A stretch of 64,000 nucleotides of DNA, from contig MU057991.1 in the NCBI GenBank assembly GCA_013265495.1, positions 124,001-188,000 on the forward strand. Reading direction: 5' to 3'. Position 1 is the first letter of the stretch. Each line of letters begins with the position of its first letter. Positions 26,380 to 38,229 of this stretch are shown in pieces. Below the pieces are notes generated by a model. That model was not told the origin of the DNA. It did not search any database and saw nothing but the letters and a program-made list of their open reading frames with translations. The position numbers and the translations under genes were made by a program. The stretch comes from Vicugna vicugna. Taxonomy: Eukaryota.

Positions 26380-27380
26380 ACGGAGAGCAGCGGGAAGACG
26401 GAAACCTCACGAGGAAACGTGCTTCCACCCAGCACGAAGGCAGCTGCGCACCAGCACAGGCCCACGGGTTCCCTCCCGGCCGCCTTCCCCCCCACGGGAA
26501 CGTTCATCCGGACGCCCCGCGTCCGACCCCGGGGCGCAGGGGTCGGAGCCGTCAGGGCGACCCGACTGCGCAGGAACAACGCGAATTCCCAGCGCGGGGG
26601 CCCGGGGCCAGGCGGCAGGACGGCGGCCGGCGGCGGTAAGGCAGCCGCGCGTCAGCGACCCCGGCGCCCGGCCCGCACTCCCGAGCGCCCAGGCCCGAGG
26701 CGCCAGGACGCGCCCACCGGGAGGAAAGCGGCGACAAGACACACGGCCACAGCCTCCCAGGGCCCCGTCGCCCGGGAAGGACCGCAGCGCCGCGCCGGCG
26801 AAAGGCGCGCAGAAGCGCCCGGTGCCCGGAGCCCCCGCCGCGGGGCCCAGGCCGCACCCCGGGCGCAGCGCGCGGCGCGGACGGGTGACGCGCGCGGCGC
26901 GCGTGGGTGACGTCGGCGCGAGCGGTGACGTCAGCGCGGCGAGGGGGGCGGCGGGTGGACGCTACCACCGCCGGCGCCCCCCGCCCCCNNNNNNNNNNNN
27001 NNNNNNNNNNNNNNNNNNNNNNNNNNNNNNNNNNNNNNNNNNNNNNNNNNNNNNNNNNNNNNNNNNNNNNNNNNNNNNNNNNNNNNNNNNNNNNNNNNNN
27101 NNNNNNNNNNNNNNNNNNNNNNNNNNNNNNNNNNNNNNNNNNNNNNNNNNNNNNNNNNNNNNNNNNNNNNNNNNNNNNNNNNNNNNNNNNNNNNNNNNNN
27201 NNNNNNNNNNNNNNNNGAGGGGGGCTGCGGCGGGCTGGGCGCCCCGGCGGGTCCCCTCCGCGGACGCTGCTCCGGCCGCCGGCGGCGCCGCGCGGACGGC
27301 GTCTCCGGGGAGGGCGGGTCCCGGGCCTCCGCCGGGGGAGGGGGCGGGGGAGGAGCCACCGCCTCGCTCTCCCCTTTTGC
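26380..27380. promoter_or_regulatory. CpG island 2 (contains a 228-N gap) with clustered CRE/ATF sites
   Basis: Extreme CpG density; TGACG at 26886, TGACGTCG at 26908 and perfect TGACGTCA at 26926-26933; GC boxes on both sides of the gap. Confidence 0.8.
26989..27216. other. Assembly gap (228 N)
   Basis: Run of N. Confidence 1.
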
Positions 27381-28240
27381 AGCGTTTCTTCTCGGTCCCT
27401 TCATTTTCGTTGAACAGGTTATTTTTGGTAATAGCGGAGAATGTGATAACAGACTGAATCACCTACGTATTTCATTGACCCCGAAGTTCCTCCAACATGA
27501 ATTGCGCAGGAGCATAACGTGTTGTAATAAAAGGACATAAGCCACTAAGTCTGTGTTTATCTAGTCACAACATGGTTAGCAGCCTTTATTGGTTCTCTCT
27601 GTTCCTGTCATTTTTTAAGTCACTTGGAACCAAATAGCTCATGATTTCTCCTCCTCAAGGGAAATACCTTATTCCAGGGTTTTTTTCCTCCCATTTAAAC
27701 ATTGATTCCATTTAAATGCCGAATGCCGTATGGTACTAAGTGGTGACAAATGATAGTTTCTGTCCCGGGGATTCCAAGTTCGTGGGTGAGAAAGGTACGC
27801 AAGGTACGCATAGTGCAGCGTGATTCGGACACTTCCCTGGAACCCAGCAAGGTGTCCGTGAATGTCACAGAAGTGACCTGATGGGGCACAGCACCGAGCA
27901 CGGGAAAGGCTCCCTCCTCCTGTCCTGTTGTCGCCCCGAGCCGAGCAAGGATGCGCGTGTGAACCAGCCCCTACCTGCAGGAGGACCATGGGAAATTCCA
28001 CTGCAGGAGAAAATCGTTGCGAAGGGTGACTCAGCGTAAGTATCCTCAGCGCTCAAGGAAAGAGAACTGCTATCAGACGATGTGTTGAGGGCCCGCTCCG
28101 CTTTCCTGCTTCAGTCCTTTGTCCTCGGGGCCATCTCTCTGCCACCCTTAGTGAAGGACATTTCCTAACTGCTCCCGAATTCTGATGCCTTTACCATGTG
28201 AGAAACTCAGCCCCCTAAACACTGATCCTCACCTGTCTTA

Positions 28241-28730
28241 TGTTACTGAGCCCAGGCTTGTACTCTTGGCTGCGTGACACCCCAATAAATCCAAGGTCAA
28301 GTTGCTGGGGCAATGACTCATGCCTTTGTTCAGAAAGCCAGCTCACTTGAGAAGATGGTGGACTAGTGGCCAAAAGAACCGTTGTACAAGAGTTAGAATT
28401 CAGGCTTCTTTTACACGAAAAGAGGGATGGGGGGGTTGTGTGTATTTGTTGCAAACTTCTTAGGGTTGGAATCCTTTGTTCTTGAAGCTGTCCACCTGGC
28501 TCAGGTCATGATGTTCCTGTAGACCTCCAACAAGACAGATGTTATTCTCTGTTCTGCAGCTTTGTATCTCTATGAATGGAAAAGCGTTATACCTTTAATG
28601 GTCGGAGCCTTGAGAATGGGCTGCACTGTACATTTCAGGCTGCAGGCAGCGTTCTTAACTTGTAGCAAAAGCAATGGAATACAAAGGTTAAAGTAACAAA
28701 AAAAAATAGATCCAACATTGTTCTTTCATA
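28241..28730 (-). mobile_element. Solo ERV LTR (same family as 48245-48753)
   Basis: Begins tgttactgag; colinear with 48245-48753 over about 350 nt (agaattcaggcttcttttaca; caagacagatgt; tgaatggaaaag; catttcaggct). Orientation inferred. Confidence 0.7.
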
Positions 28731-28909
28731 TGGCACTTAGGAGCCATCCCGCTCCCATCTCAGGGACTTTACCGGACAAAATAACACACAGCACATTTTC
28801 CCCAAAGCCTGAGTTATTTAGATCGTTACACACATGGAGGTGTGACAGAAACTGCCACTTCAGGCTTTGCTACGTTAAGCCTGGTGACCTTTGATCTCTC
28901 TCTACCCCT

Positions 28910-29364
28910 TGTTGACTGAAAAAAAAATGCATGACTTAAAAGTGGAGGGTTATGTTTTATTGGCGGCCTTCCTGAGGACTACAGCCTGGGAGGGCAGCCT
29001 CTCAGATTGCTCTGAGAAACTGTTTCAAAGAGGTAAAGAAGGAGTCAGGATAATCAGGTGCTTTTGCTGGAAAAAAACAAAAACAAAAAACTGTAGTTGA
29101 ATATCAAAACATCATGCTAATCACACATATAGAGCCCCCAGAGACGTGCAAGTTGATCATTTTTGTGGCATTTCTGTGTAGTGAAGATGCCCCTCGACGT
29201 TATCCTTTGATCTGCATCTTCGCTACCCAAGGCCAGTGTCCGGTTTTTCTGCATGAATTCCCCTCAGGGCGCTCGGCTGGGGTTGGCTGCAGTGCAGTGG
29301 ACTAAGGGCTTGATGGTGGGCATGAATGGCTGCTTACTGAATGGCAGGCAGCATTATGTCCACA
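28910..29364 (-). mobile_element. Solo ERV1-class LTR
   Basis: tgttgactgaaaaaaa ... tgtccaca ends; ttttatt (AATAAA on the minus strand) near the start; gaggactacagcctgggaggg..ctctcagattgctctgagaaactg motif. Confidence 0.6.
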
Positions 29365-29499
29365 GCTGGTGCGAGGTTAAGACAGGTTTTCTCATTCTTG
29401 TTTAAAATCTGGTGGATAGCTGTGGACGACTCTGGCAAGCACAGAAACATGCTTGAAAGATAATCCATATTTTCAAATGGCCCTTCCTTATGCAGATTA

Positions 29500-29715
29500 T
29501 TTTGGTTTTGAAAATAGTCATTCTTTATAAAAGTATGTTTATCTAGAACATATAATTTATGTTAATATGTTGATAGTAAGTATTTAAAATTTTTTCATTT
29601 TAATTTCTAATTTGGTATATATTGATAGATACGGCCCAGACAAAATTTCTCTTGGGTCCTCAGTAATTATTAAGAATGTAATGTGGTTCTGAGACCCCAA
29701 ATTTGAGAACTACTG
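29500..29715. mobile_element. hAT-Charlie (MER3/MER33-like) fragment
   Basis: Ends gtcctcagtaattattaagaatgtaatgtggttctgagaccccaaatttgagaactactg, a typical Charlie-MITE terminus. Confidence 0.65.
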
Positions 29716-29958
29716 CCTTCAGCAAGCTGTTCCGTCAGCCATGTTCTTTGAAAGTCTATGAGTCAAAATGTGTAACTTCATACCATTCCGTACTCACTTT
29801 CAACACGGGATCAAAATCCATCATGATGTCTCATTTGATTTCTAGATCTCTAGGGGAATCAGTGAGAGGATTTAAGTTGTGCTAGGCTAACACATAGGTG
29901 AGATTTCTGCTCCCAGAAGTTGGTTAGATCACAGGAAAGACTGAGAAGGAGCAAGAGA

Positions 29959-30137
29959 GGGGCAAGGGTGTAGCTCAGTGTTAGAGCATGTGCTTAGCAG
30001 GCACGAGGCCCTGAGTTCAATCCCCAGCACCGCCTCTAAAAATAAATAAACCTAATTACTCCCTCCCACAGACAAAATAAAACAATTAAATAATACAATA
30101 ATTATTAAAGTTTTTAAATAAATACAAAATTTTTTAA
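29959..30137 (+). mobile_element. tRNA-Ala-derived SINE (camelid-type)
   Basis: tRNA-like head with A box (tagctcagtgttaga) and B box (gagttcaatcc), aaataaataaacctaattac body, A-rich tail, 13-bp TSD aaggagcaagaga (29946-29958) / aaggagcaggaga (30138-30150). Confidence 0.9.
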
Positions 30138-31732
30138 AAGGAGCAGGAGACATCAGTGAAGTCATAGCTCTGCAGGGCTCCCCAGGGCCCCCCACCTCTC
30201 AGGCAGGCCACCCCCCAAACTCCCAGCCCTCCGAGGAACACGAGTCCAGGGCCTAAGGAGGAATGAGGACCCAAACCTGCAACATGGCACTGTGAATCCA
30301 TGGTAACTGGCCGTCTCCCGGGAGTCCGAGGGCAGTGGCCGTGGTGAAGTCACCATCTCCGATGTGTCCTGCCTGAATGTGTGTCTGTGGGACAGCCCGC
30401 CTCTACTGTCCTTCCTGAACCGCCTCTGGACAAAGGCCACACCACCAGCAGAAGGCTCCCAGCACCAGCTCATCTGGAGTGCCCCCAAACGTAAGGGACA
30501 GAAAGGGTGACTCGGACAGGAGATCTCTGCTGGGGCTCAGCCGTCTCCAAGGTCTGGGGTCACTCAGGCAGTCAGTTTGCAAGGAATTTGTCTTCCGTTA
30601 CCTTTTGAGGGCAAGGCGCAACCACCTGCCCAGGGACAAAACCTCAGTGGATTGCAGACTTGGTGGAATTCCAAAAACAATGCGGGGAGGGGGCTCATCC
30701 CTGGCTCAACCCTGACGGGCACCGTTAAAGAGAATGCGGTCACACTGAAGGAAGAAGGGGCTTCACGGAGAACCATGCACCTCCCCGCCCTCACCGCAGA
30801 CCAGGCACAGCCTGTGGGGCGGCAGAGGCGGCCCGGGGCCCTGCGAAGCGAATACGGCCCTGGAGGAGCAGACTTCTCCATGAACACAGGAGACACACTC
30901 TGAAATATCCGCAAATCTTCCGCCAGGCAGAGAAGTGGGTTGCAGGTAATGACAGTGAAATGGGACTTACTACTGTTCATGAGAATGCCTTCATAATCTA
31001 GGGTGTCTGGCCTACCTGGTACACAGAGCAGGGGCAGAGATGCGATTTTCCCAGGAAAAAATACAGTATTTTTCACTCATGAGTATTACATGATACCTTT
31101 TCTACTTGGATGCTCTGTCTCCACCTTGTTAATTTTTCTTTACCTCTTCTCCGTGCAAAGAAACAGGCCTTTCCTGATGCAAACAGGACTTCCCCAGGAC
31201 AGCCTTCCTGTTCATACAGAAAGAGCTGACTTGCTGGCTAGTTAACAGCTGACCTCCTTAGCAGACAATGGCATGGAAAGTTCCCCCTCCTGCTCTGCAT
31301 CATGTGCTGTATGAACTGCCCAGAATCGTCAAGTCTATGAAGACAGGAACTAGACGAGTGATTTTGAGACAGGAGGAAAGAGGGCAGGGAAGTACCACGA
31401 AAAGACTGTCACAGGAACCAGCCCTCCAGGTTCCCGGGGTTGACAGGACTCAGCCAGACGGTGCTCCCTGGGACTCTGTCACGTGGTCACAGTCAGACGG
31501 GGGCTGGGGCTGGAGTCCCCCCTAAACTGCCCCTCACACGGGCCACCAGCTGGACCTCGTATGGGGCGGCAGCTGGGGCGTCTCCGTGCGGACGTCCCAC
31601 GTGGCCTGGGCGTCCTCAGAGCATGGTGGCTGTGTGCCAGAAGTGAGCGCGGCTCCTTTTCTGAGCCAGCTGTGGAGGTCTTGCACCCCCACGTTTTATC
31701 AGCAAGGCAGCGCCACAGGCCTAAGACAAAGG

Positions 31733-32097
31733 TGCCAGGGACTGAGTTGGGTCACCCCCAAAATCCGTATGTTGACACCCTGAATCCCAACGTGAGGATG
31801 TCTGGAGAGGAGGCCTTTGGGAGAGAATTACATTTAAACGAGGTCGCGAGGGTGGGGCCCTCGTGGTGGGATTAGGGCCCTTATGAGATGCCAGATGGCT
31901 GGTCCCCCCTCTCTCTGGCTCTGTCATGTGAACACACAGCAAGACGATGGCACCTCCAAGCCAAGGAGGAGGACTCTCAGCAGGACCCGAGCACACGGGC
32001 ACCTCGATCGCAGACTTCCAGCCTCCAGAGCTGTGACCGTGAGCGCTGCTGAGCCCCCGGTCTGTGTTGTGTAGTTGCAGCCGTCTGACCTACGACA
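31733..32097 (+). mobile_element. MLT1A/B-like MaLR LTR
   Basis: cccccaaaatccgtatgttga...gaggcctttgggag...gggtggggccctc...gggattagggcccttatgaga...gacttccagcctccagagctgtga. Confidence 0.8.
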
Positions 32098-35000
32098 GAA
32101 ACCCCAGCCCTGGATGGGAGGCGTGTGTGAGACCTTGCAGGCAGGCGTGTTTGAAAACCGCCTGGAACAGAATGGACGCAGACAGCAGCTCTGGGACACC
32201 GCAGGCCTCACGCTGGGGAGCCGGGGGCTGAGCCGCCTCTCAGGGCTCATGGATGATCAGCAGCGGAGCTACCCTGTGATCCACGCACCCCGTGACCGCA
32301 GCCCCCAGACCTTCCCCAGCATAGACGGCGGGGAGGCACTTGGTGGCCTCACCAGGGCGGCAGCACAGGACACCCTCACTCACCTTGAATCCCCAGCACG
32401 GAGCGCCCTGCCCAGCTGAACAGACGGCCTCGGGCCTCAGCACCAGCAGGTGCGGCCTGGGAGCCCCAGGCAGGCGGGGTCGCGCCGTCCCTCCCCGCGT
32501 CTGGCTTTGCGCCGCCTGTCGGGGCACAGAAGCCACTAAGTGGACACGGTGCCCCCGCTGCCCGGGGGCAGAGACGGCGCTGGCCGCAGAGGCTGGCCCT
32601 GGTGTAAGCAGCTGTGGGAAGGCATTTCTTCTCTGAGGGGCAGCGAGGGACGTGGGAAGGGGGACGGGCTGGGGCAGAGACGCGGGGATGCGGCTCAGAT
32701 GTGGGTGACAAGATACAGTGGGGCTGGGACGCAGCCAGACGTCCCCAGGCCGCTGCAGCCTCCCACTGCTGCTCCAGGCTGGCTCTGCGACGGGACGTCG
32801 GCCACGGGCGACAGGTGGCTGGCCCGGGGCCCGGCTCCCAGGGCCCCTCCCGCCCTCAGAACAAGACAGTGACGTCCATGGGCTTCCATCGGCCGTGCTG
32901 GACTGGGGTTCAGTAAACCGGCGTCGCTTGGGACGGCAGATGAGTGGACGTGCCCGGTGGGGAGCTGCGGCTGACACGCCGGGGCTCCCTGTCCCCGGGC
33001 AGCAGGACCCTGAGGAATGGACACAAAGGCCCACAGAGCCCCAGGGCCCCCACCGAGGGGTGGGCCTGGGGGGGCTGCTAACTGGGGAAACATGAAAAGG
33101 ACACAGGGAAGGGGACCTGAGACGAAGCGGGAAGGGATTCCCATAAGCAGGGGGCTGTCACCAGGAGGTCTCTCAAGAGCAAAGAATCACCCGAGTGATG
33201 GCTGTTTAAGGGGTTCCCGTATGCCTGGCAAGAAGCAAAGCCCTTGGCCGTCCAGGGCTGCGGCTGGGCCGTCAGACGTGCCCGCACAGCCGTTCACAAC
33301 TCATCGCATCAGCCGACCTCCCGGCAGCCTCTGAGGGGATGTCATCCCCTCTCTGCAGGAGGGGCCGGGGGATGGGAGAGACCCCAGAAGCCCAGGCTGG
33401 GGGGCATGAGTGTGGGTGCAGGGGAGAGCCTTGGCCATCTCGAGCTGGGACAGGGGCTCCTGGCTGATGGGCAGGCAGGCCCTGGACAACACGCAGTCCT
33501 TGCTTGGTCCAAAGACTCCGCAGGGCGCTGCCGCACATTATTAGAAAACAGGAACTGGAAACAGCTCGGGACTGGAGAGAAGACCCGCCTGGTGCGTGGA
33601 TGCTGTGACCCCCACCCCCCGAGGGCGGGGCTGAGGACAGCCAGCAGGAGAGGATCTCTTGCTGACCCACGCCTCCCCCTGTCTGGGCCTCAGGCCAGGC
33701 CCCGGCCGGAGGCAGGTGGTGGACGGCGGGGCCACCGTTCCGGGGTCACCTCCGCCAAGTCGCCAGCCTGCTCTGGGCTTCAGTCCCTCTAGTTACGCAA
33801 TGGAGCCAGGACACCCTGACAGTCGTGGCCAGGAACAAGCGGGGCAGTAACTGCAGGTGTCCCCTGCAGGTGCCTTTCCGAGGAGAAGGCAGCGTGACTG
33901 ATGTGTTTCACGGTCTGGATGGCTCCCCGGCGGGCAGACAGGCCGGAGCCCAGAGCTGCTTCCACGTGGCAGGATCCAGGGCCCGGGCTTGGCTGAGCCC
34001 AGAGCAGGTGTCAGGACAGGACCTGGGGCCTCAGTGCCTGTTCCCGGAGCGTCCACGGCTTCCCCAGCTACCTGTCCCCCCCGAACCCCAGATCCTGCGG
34101 CCACTTCCTATTGAATAGGAATGTCTCCTCTCCAGCTCTCCTCTTTCGGTTCAGCCCACATCCTCACTGGCTTCCCTCCTTGTTCAACGGGACCTCCTTC
34201 TCTTTCCCAAAGGCCTGATCCTCCAAATTAGATGGTGAACACGGTGTAGCTCAGCCCCGCACCGCTGGGCCTGCGGCCCCCGCCCCGGGAAAGCGCGGGG
34301 TCAGTCACTGGGACGGGCTGGGGTTTGGCGAGGATGTCAGCCTTCACGGTCCTGCAGACGGCAGGTGGCAGTGGTTCCTCGCAATGCGGGATTTGGAAAA
34401 AGATCTCTTAGTTTGCCAGCCAAGGAAGTCAGACAGGGTAGGGAGTGGGTAGGGAATCTGAGACCCCACTCTTACCCTTTGCCAAGACCCAGGCTGCGGA
34501 GGGGAAGGAAGGGGTTAAGGGAAGCTGAGGGAGGAAACGGGATGGAGCCAGTGTGGGTTTCTCTGTCCCAGATCCAGCTCTGAGGAGCCCTCACCGGCAT
34601 TGCCACCCTGGGAGCAGGCTCAGACCCCTGTCCATCACCTGCAAGTCTCAGGAGCCCGCCCCTCCCTTCCCCCTCCCACCCTGCACTCACCGTCCGGTAA
34701 GGCACTCACTGGGGAAGGTACTTTGGCAGTGTTAACCAAACTTATATACATTAAATATATATACCTTTTTGTATGTCACTTACATCCCAATAAACTGGGA
34801 TTTTTTTAAATGTCAAAATGTACGTATTATCAATTTCATTTGCAGGAAAGCATTCTAAGAAAAGAAGTCAACATGTCAACAGAGATACATGTTTAAAGAT
34901 ATTCATCTAGGAGTTATTTACGACAGTGAAAATTTGGTAATAAATGGTGTAAATGACACAGTGAAATACTACGCAGTCATTAAAATTTTTCTTGGCAGAG

Positions 35001-36891
35001 AATTTGCGTCCACACGGTAAGATGCCAAACACATTCGGGTGAGGTGAGGAGATCAAAAGCTTCTGGGCACTGAAATCAAATTTTGCATTATTTAAATGAG
35101 AGGGAGCGAGAAAAGGAAGGAAAGAATCAAGGTAACAAAAGCTCTTAAGCAAAATCTCGATATTGATTAGTTGTGAGATTATGAGTAATTCCTTTTTATG
35201 ATTAACATACATCATCAGATTTAAAAGTCTGTACTCACTAACATGAACGAGAAAACTATCTAAACACACTTACCAGCCTCATTTATTTGCCATCCTCACG
35301 CCTTAGATATGTTTTAAAGGAAACAAGCTCCAAAAATTTCAATTCAAAACATGAGATTTCAGACATACTCCTATAAAAAGAGAGGTGTTTAGGGGAAGTG
35401 GGTTTCCCTCCTGGACCCCACAAATCTCTGCTTTTATTAGTTTGAAAATGTTTAGTTATCAGCAATAGACAAGGAAGGGTCAGGAGGGGACCTCTGGGCC
35501 TGGGCAGAGTGAGTGGGGGACACGGGCCATCTGCTGACACAGGTTTCAGAGGGAGGTGGGGTGGCAGGGCTGGCTTCCCCAAGGATGGCCACCAGTCCCT
35601 GGCCCATCCTGCTCCTCAGAAACAGGCCATGTCCTCAGGGTGAGATTGGTCCGGGAAGGGGGAGCTTGTGGGAGGAGACCTGGCACCGTGGGCCTCACAA
35701 GTCCTCCATCTGACCCGCCAGGCCCTTCACGTGTCCAGGCTGTGCCCAGGCTGAGCCCCAGACAGCCCGTCCCTGCCCCTTTGACCTCCCCACATGATCA
35801 TCTAAGAACCCTGGTGAATCCGCCTGTTCCCGGCGTGGGCATCACCCCCGGACCAGTGAGGGTCACAGAAGCCGAGAACCTGGGTGTCAGGATCTGCTCT
35901 GTAGCAAGTTCTCTAAGGGCCTCCCGGGCCCCTTAGCGGGTGAAGAGCGCTGGTGGGAACTCCTACCCCTCCTCAGGGCCACCTCCTCCAGGGAGCCCTC
36001 CCTGACCTCTCGCCCACGAAGTCTGCTGCGGGCACAGACGGAGAGCCGGGCAGGGCCCGGCAGAGAGTGTCTAGACCACACTCGTGGGGACCTGCGTCCC
36101 CAAGTCTGCTCCTCCCACGGATGTGCACTCACTGGAGGAATCCTAGTTCACCTCGCGTCCCCACGGGGAACCTCCGAGGGGCTCTGCTCAGGGGGGGAAG
36201 TGCGTCACACGCGGGAATCCCTCCCTGCACCCCAGTCCCTCCCCCTGCCGAGGGAGTCCCTGCTGGGGGAGCAGCTGGGAGGTGGGACCCCAGGATTCAG
36301 GGGGAGGAACCACGTGGAGTCCAGATACACGTGTCTGACTCCACACCCGGCTCCTCAGGGAAGCAGCTTTCCCAGAGGTCACCCTCCTATTCTCAAAGAT
36401 TCCGCAGGGCTCTCCTGCAGAGCTGTCACCAGGGTTCACTCAGTGCCCGAGGGCGGCAGGGTCACCAGAAGGTTCTGCGTCTTCTCAGTCCTCTTCCCTG
36501 ACGCCGCAGCTGCCCAGCACAGCCCCTCTGTCCTCCTCCTTCATCTCTGTGATGACCCCCACCCCAGGCCAGCACCCAGGGCTCCACACAGACCCCTGAG
36601 AGGCCCCTCCCCGGCTCAGAGGACCCCACTCCCCTCCTCCCACCAGGCCCCGGGTGGGGGTGAGGACAGCGGCCCGCTTGCAGCCCCTGGACCCCCAGCC
36701 TCGGCCCCCCTCCCTCCTGCCCCCGTGCAGGACACAGCCTTCATCCCGGGGTCTCCACCTGCACCGCCTGCAGGAGGGGGTCTAGCTGGAATCCGGGCTG
36801 AGACTCGGGGACCTCTCCCTTCCTGTGTGGGATTTAGGACACGTGTATCTCTATAAAGTTATATGCAGACAACTGTTTCTCTTCAACCACC

Positions 36892-36897
36892 TTTATT
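36892..36897 (-). terminator. Candidate poly(A) signal for the cTAGE5-like ORF
   Basis: tttatt on plus = AATAAA on minus, at the distal end of an AT-rich 3'UTR-like tract (~36870-37520) embedded in GC-rich flanks. Confidence 0.55.
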
Positions 36898-37680
36898 GTA
36901 AAACAGTTACAGAAATTGGCAACCCTCTCACACTTCCCAGGCCTTCGAAACAGCGAACATTGTCCAGCATCTGACTTGTGGGTGTGTGTGTTTCGCATCA
37001 AAAGAAAACATGTTAATTGTCACACTTAGAAATGCTAAATGACAAACCATCTGAAACAAGACAAGGGAGGTGAACAAGAAATGACAACACAGCAAACAGT
37101 GGTTGCAAAAACTCAAACTTTTCTAATCTATGAATTTAGTACAGAACTGTTACGAACTTGGGACAAACTATAAATTAAGACTAAGCTAATAGAAATAATA
37201 CGTAGTTAGAATGGGATCCTCTTGCTTAAGTTTTTCTTTTTGTCCAGTTTCTTTTTTCCCCTTTTTTAATGATGTCTTTTGTTTTGGGGGGTTTTTTGTT
37301 TAGGTTTTGAAATGACCCCAAATTTGCTCAGGTCAATACCCAGCAGTTACCTCCACGTTGTCAACAGCGGCCTGATGTGCAGAGAATTCCCATCGTCTCA
37401 CACATCTCTAGCAGGACACACTGAGAGGATGCTTCAGGTCACAGGGGCATTTAATCTCCACCCAAATACAACACTATACGCTACATTCCTAAGGGTTTCA
37501 ATGGAGGAAGTGGGAACTTTAGAGAAAACATGGACATTTAAACACTCTCCCGGCGAGGGACAACGCCCCACTCCCAGGAGACACTGTGGCCTCGAGGCAC
37601 CACCAGGACAAACGAGGGAGCGCTGGATGGTCGCGCACCCCCTGGACACCCACACGGACGGGGTGCGGTGGTTGCAGGGC

Positions 37681-38229
37681 TCAGACCCGGGTCAGAGCGG
37701 GGGGCCGGCGGGGGGCGCTCAGCAGGTGCGCAGCCAGGGCCTCCAGGTGGGTGACTGTGTCCTGCAGGGCCCGCTCCCTCCTGGCGATCGCCTCCAGCAG
37801 CCTTGCTTTCTCCTCCTCCTTCTCTGTGACTCGCTGCCTCCATGTGGCGACGTACTGGGCCAGCAGCTCCCTGCATCGTGGACACATAGGCTGTTTCCCG
37901 GGGCGCGCTGGAGCTCGGGGGCCGGGGGGCTCCCGGCGCCCCTGGGGGGGCGGGGGCGCCGGGCTCCCGCCAGCCTTTCCCGCGGGGTCCCCGGCACCCT
38001 CAGCCCCTGGCACGGCGTCCCCGTCGTCGGGAGAGCGCCCCTCGCCTGGGGTCTCCCCGCTGTGGGAGGAGGACCATCTGTGTATCAGGAACAGCAGCCC
38101 TGCCACGCACACCAGGGCCCCCCAGGGGAGCACCGGGGTCAGGCTCTCCCAGAGCAGCAGCAGGGCGGCCCCCAGGCGCTCCAGCATCCGGGGGGACGGG
38201 GCCCAGGGGGCAGGGAGCAGGCCCCCCAT
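37681..38229 (-). CDS. Intronless cTAGE5/MIA2-related single-pass membrane protein, 182 aa (possible 221-aa form from ATG 38346); probable retrogene
   Basis: Uninterrupted ORF, Kozak gcagccATGG. MGGLLPAPWAPSPRMLERLGAALLLLWESLTP..LPWGALVCVAGLLFLIHRW aligns Met-to-Met with recalled cTAGE5 MEEPGATPQPYLGLLLEELRRVVAALPEGMRP..FPWELVICAAVVGFFAVLFFLWR. WRQRVTEKEEEKARLLEAIARRERALQDTVTHLEALAAHLL aligns without gaps to cTAGE5 [41 protein letters not shown] (11/41 identical by eye). Confidence 0.7.
   Translation of the reverse strand: MGGLLPAPWAPSPRMLERLGAALLLLWESLTPVLPWGALVCVAGLLFLIHRWSSSHSGETPGEGRSPDDGDAVPGAEGAGDPAGKAGGSPAPPPPQGRREPPGPRAPARPGKQPMCPRCRELLAQYVATWRQRVTEKEEEKARLLEAIARRERALQDTVTHLEALAAHLLSAPRRPPALTRV

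Noticed and set aside
29959..30031. tRNA-Ala gene (also 61798-61875 and 63705-63778)
   Set aside because: Each head runs into a shared SINE body and A-rich tail, with TSDs at two copies and mismatched stems; these are SINEs, not tRNA genes.
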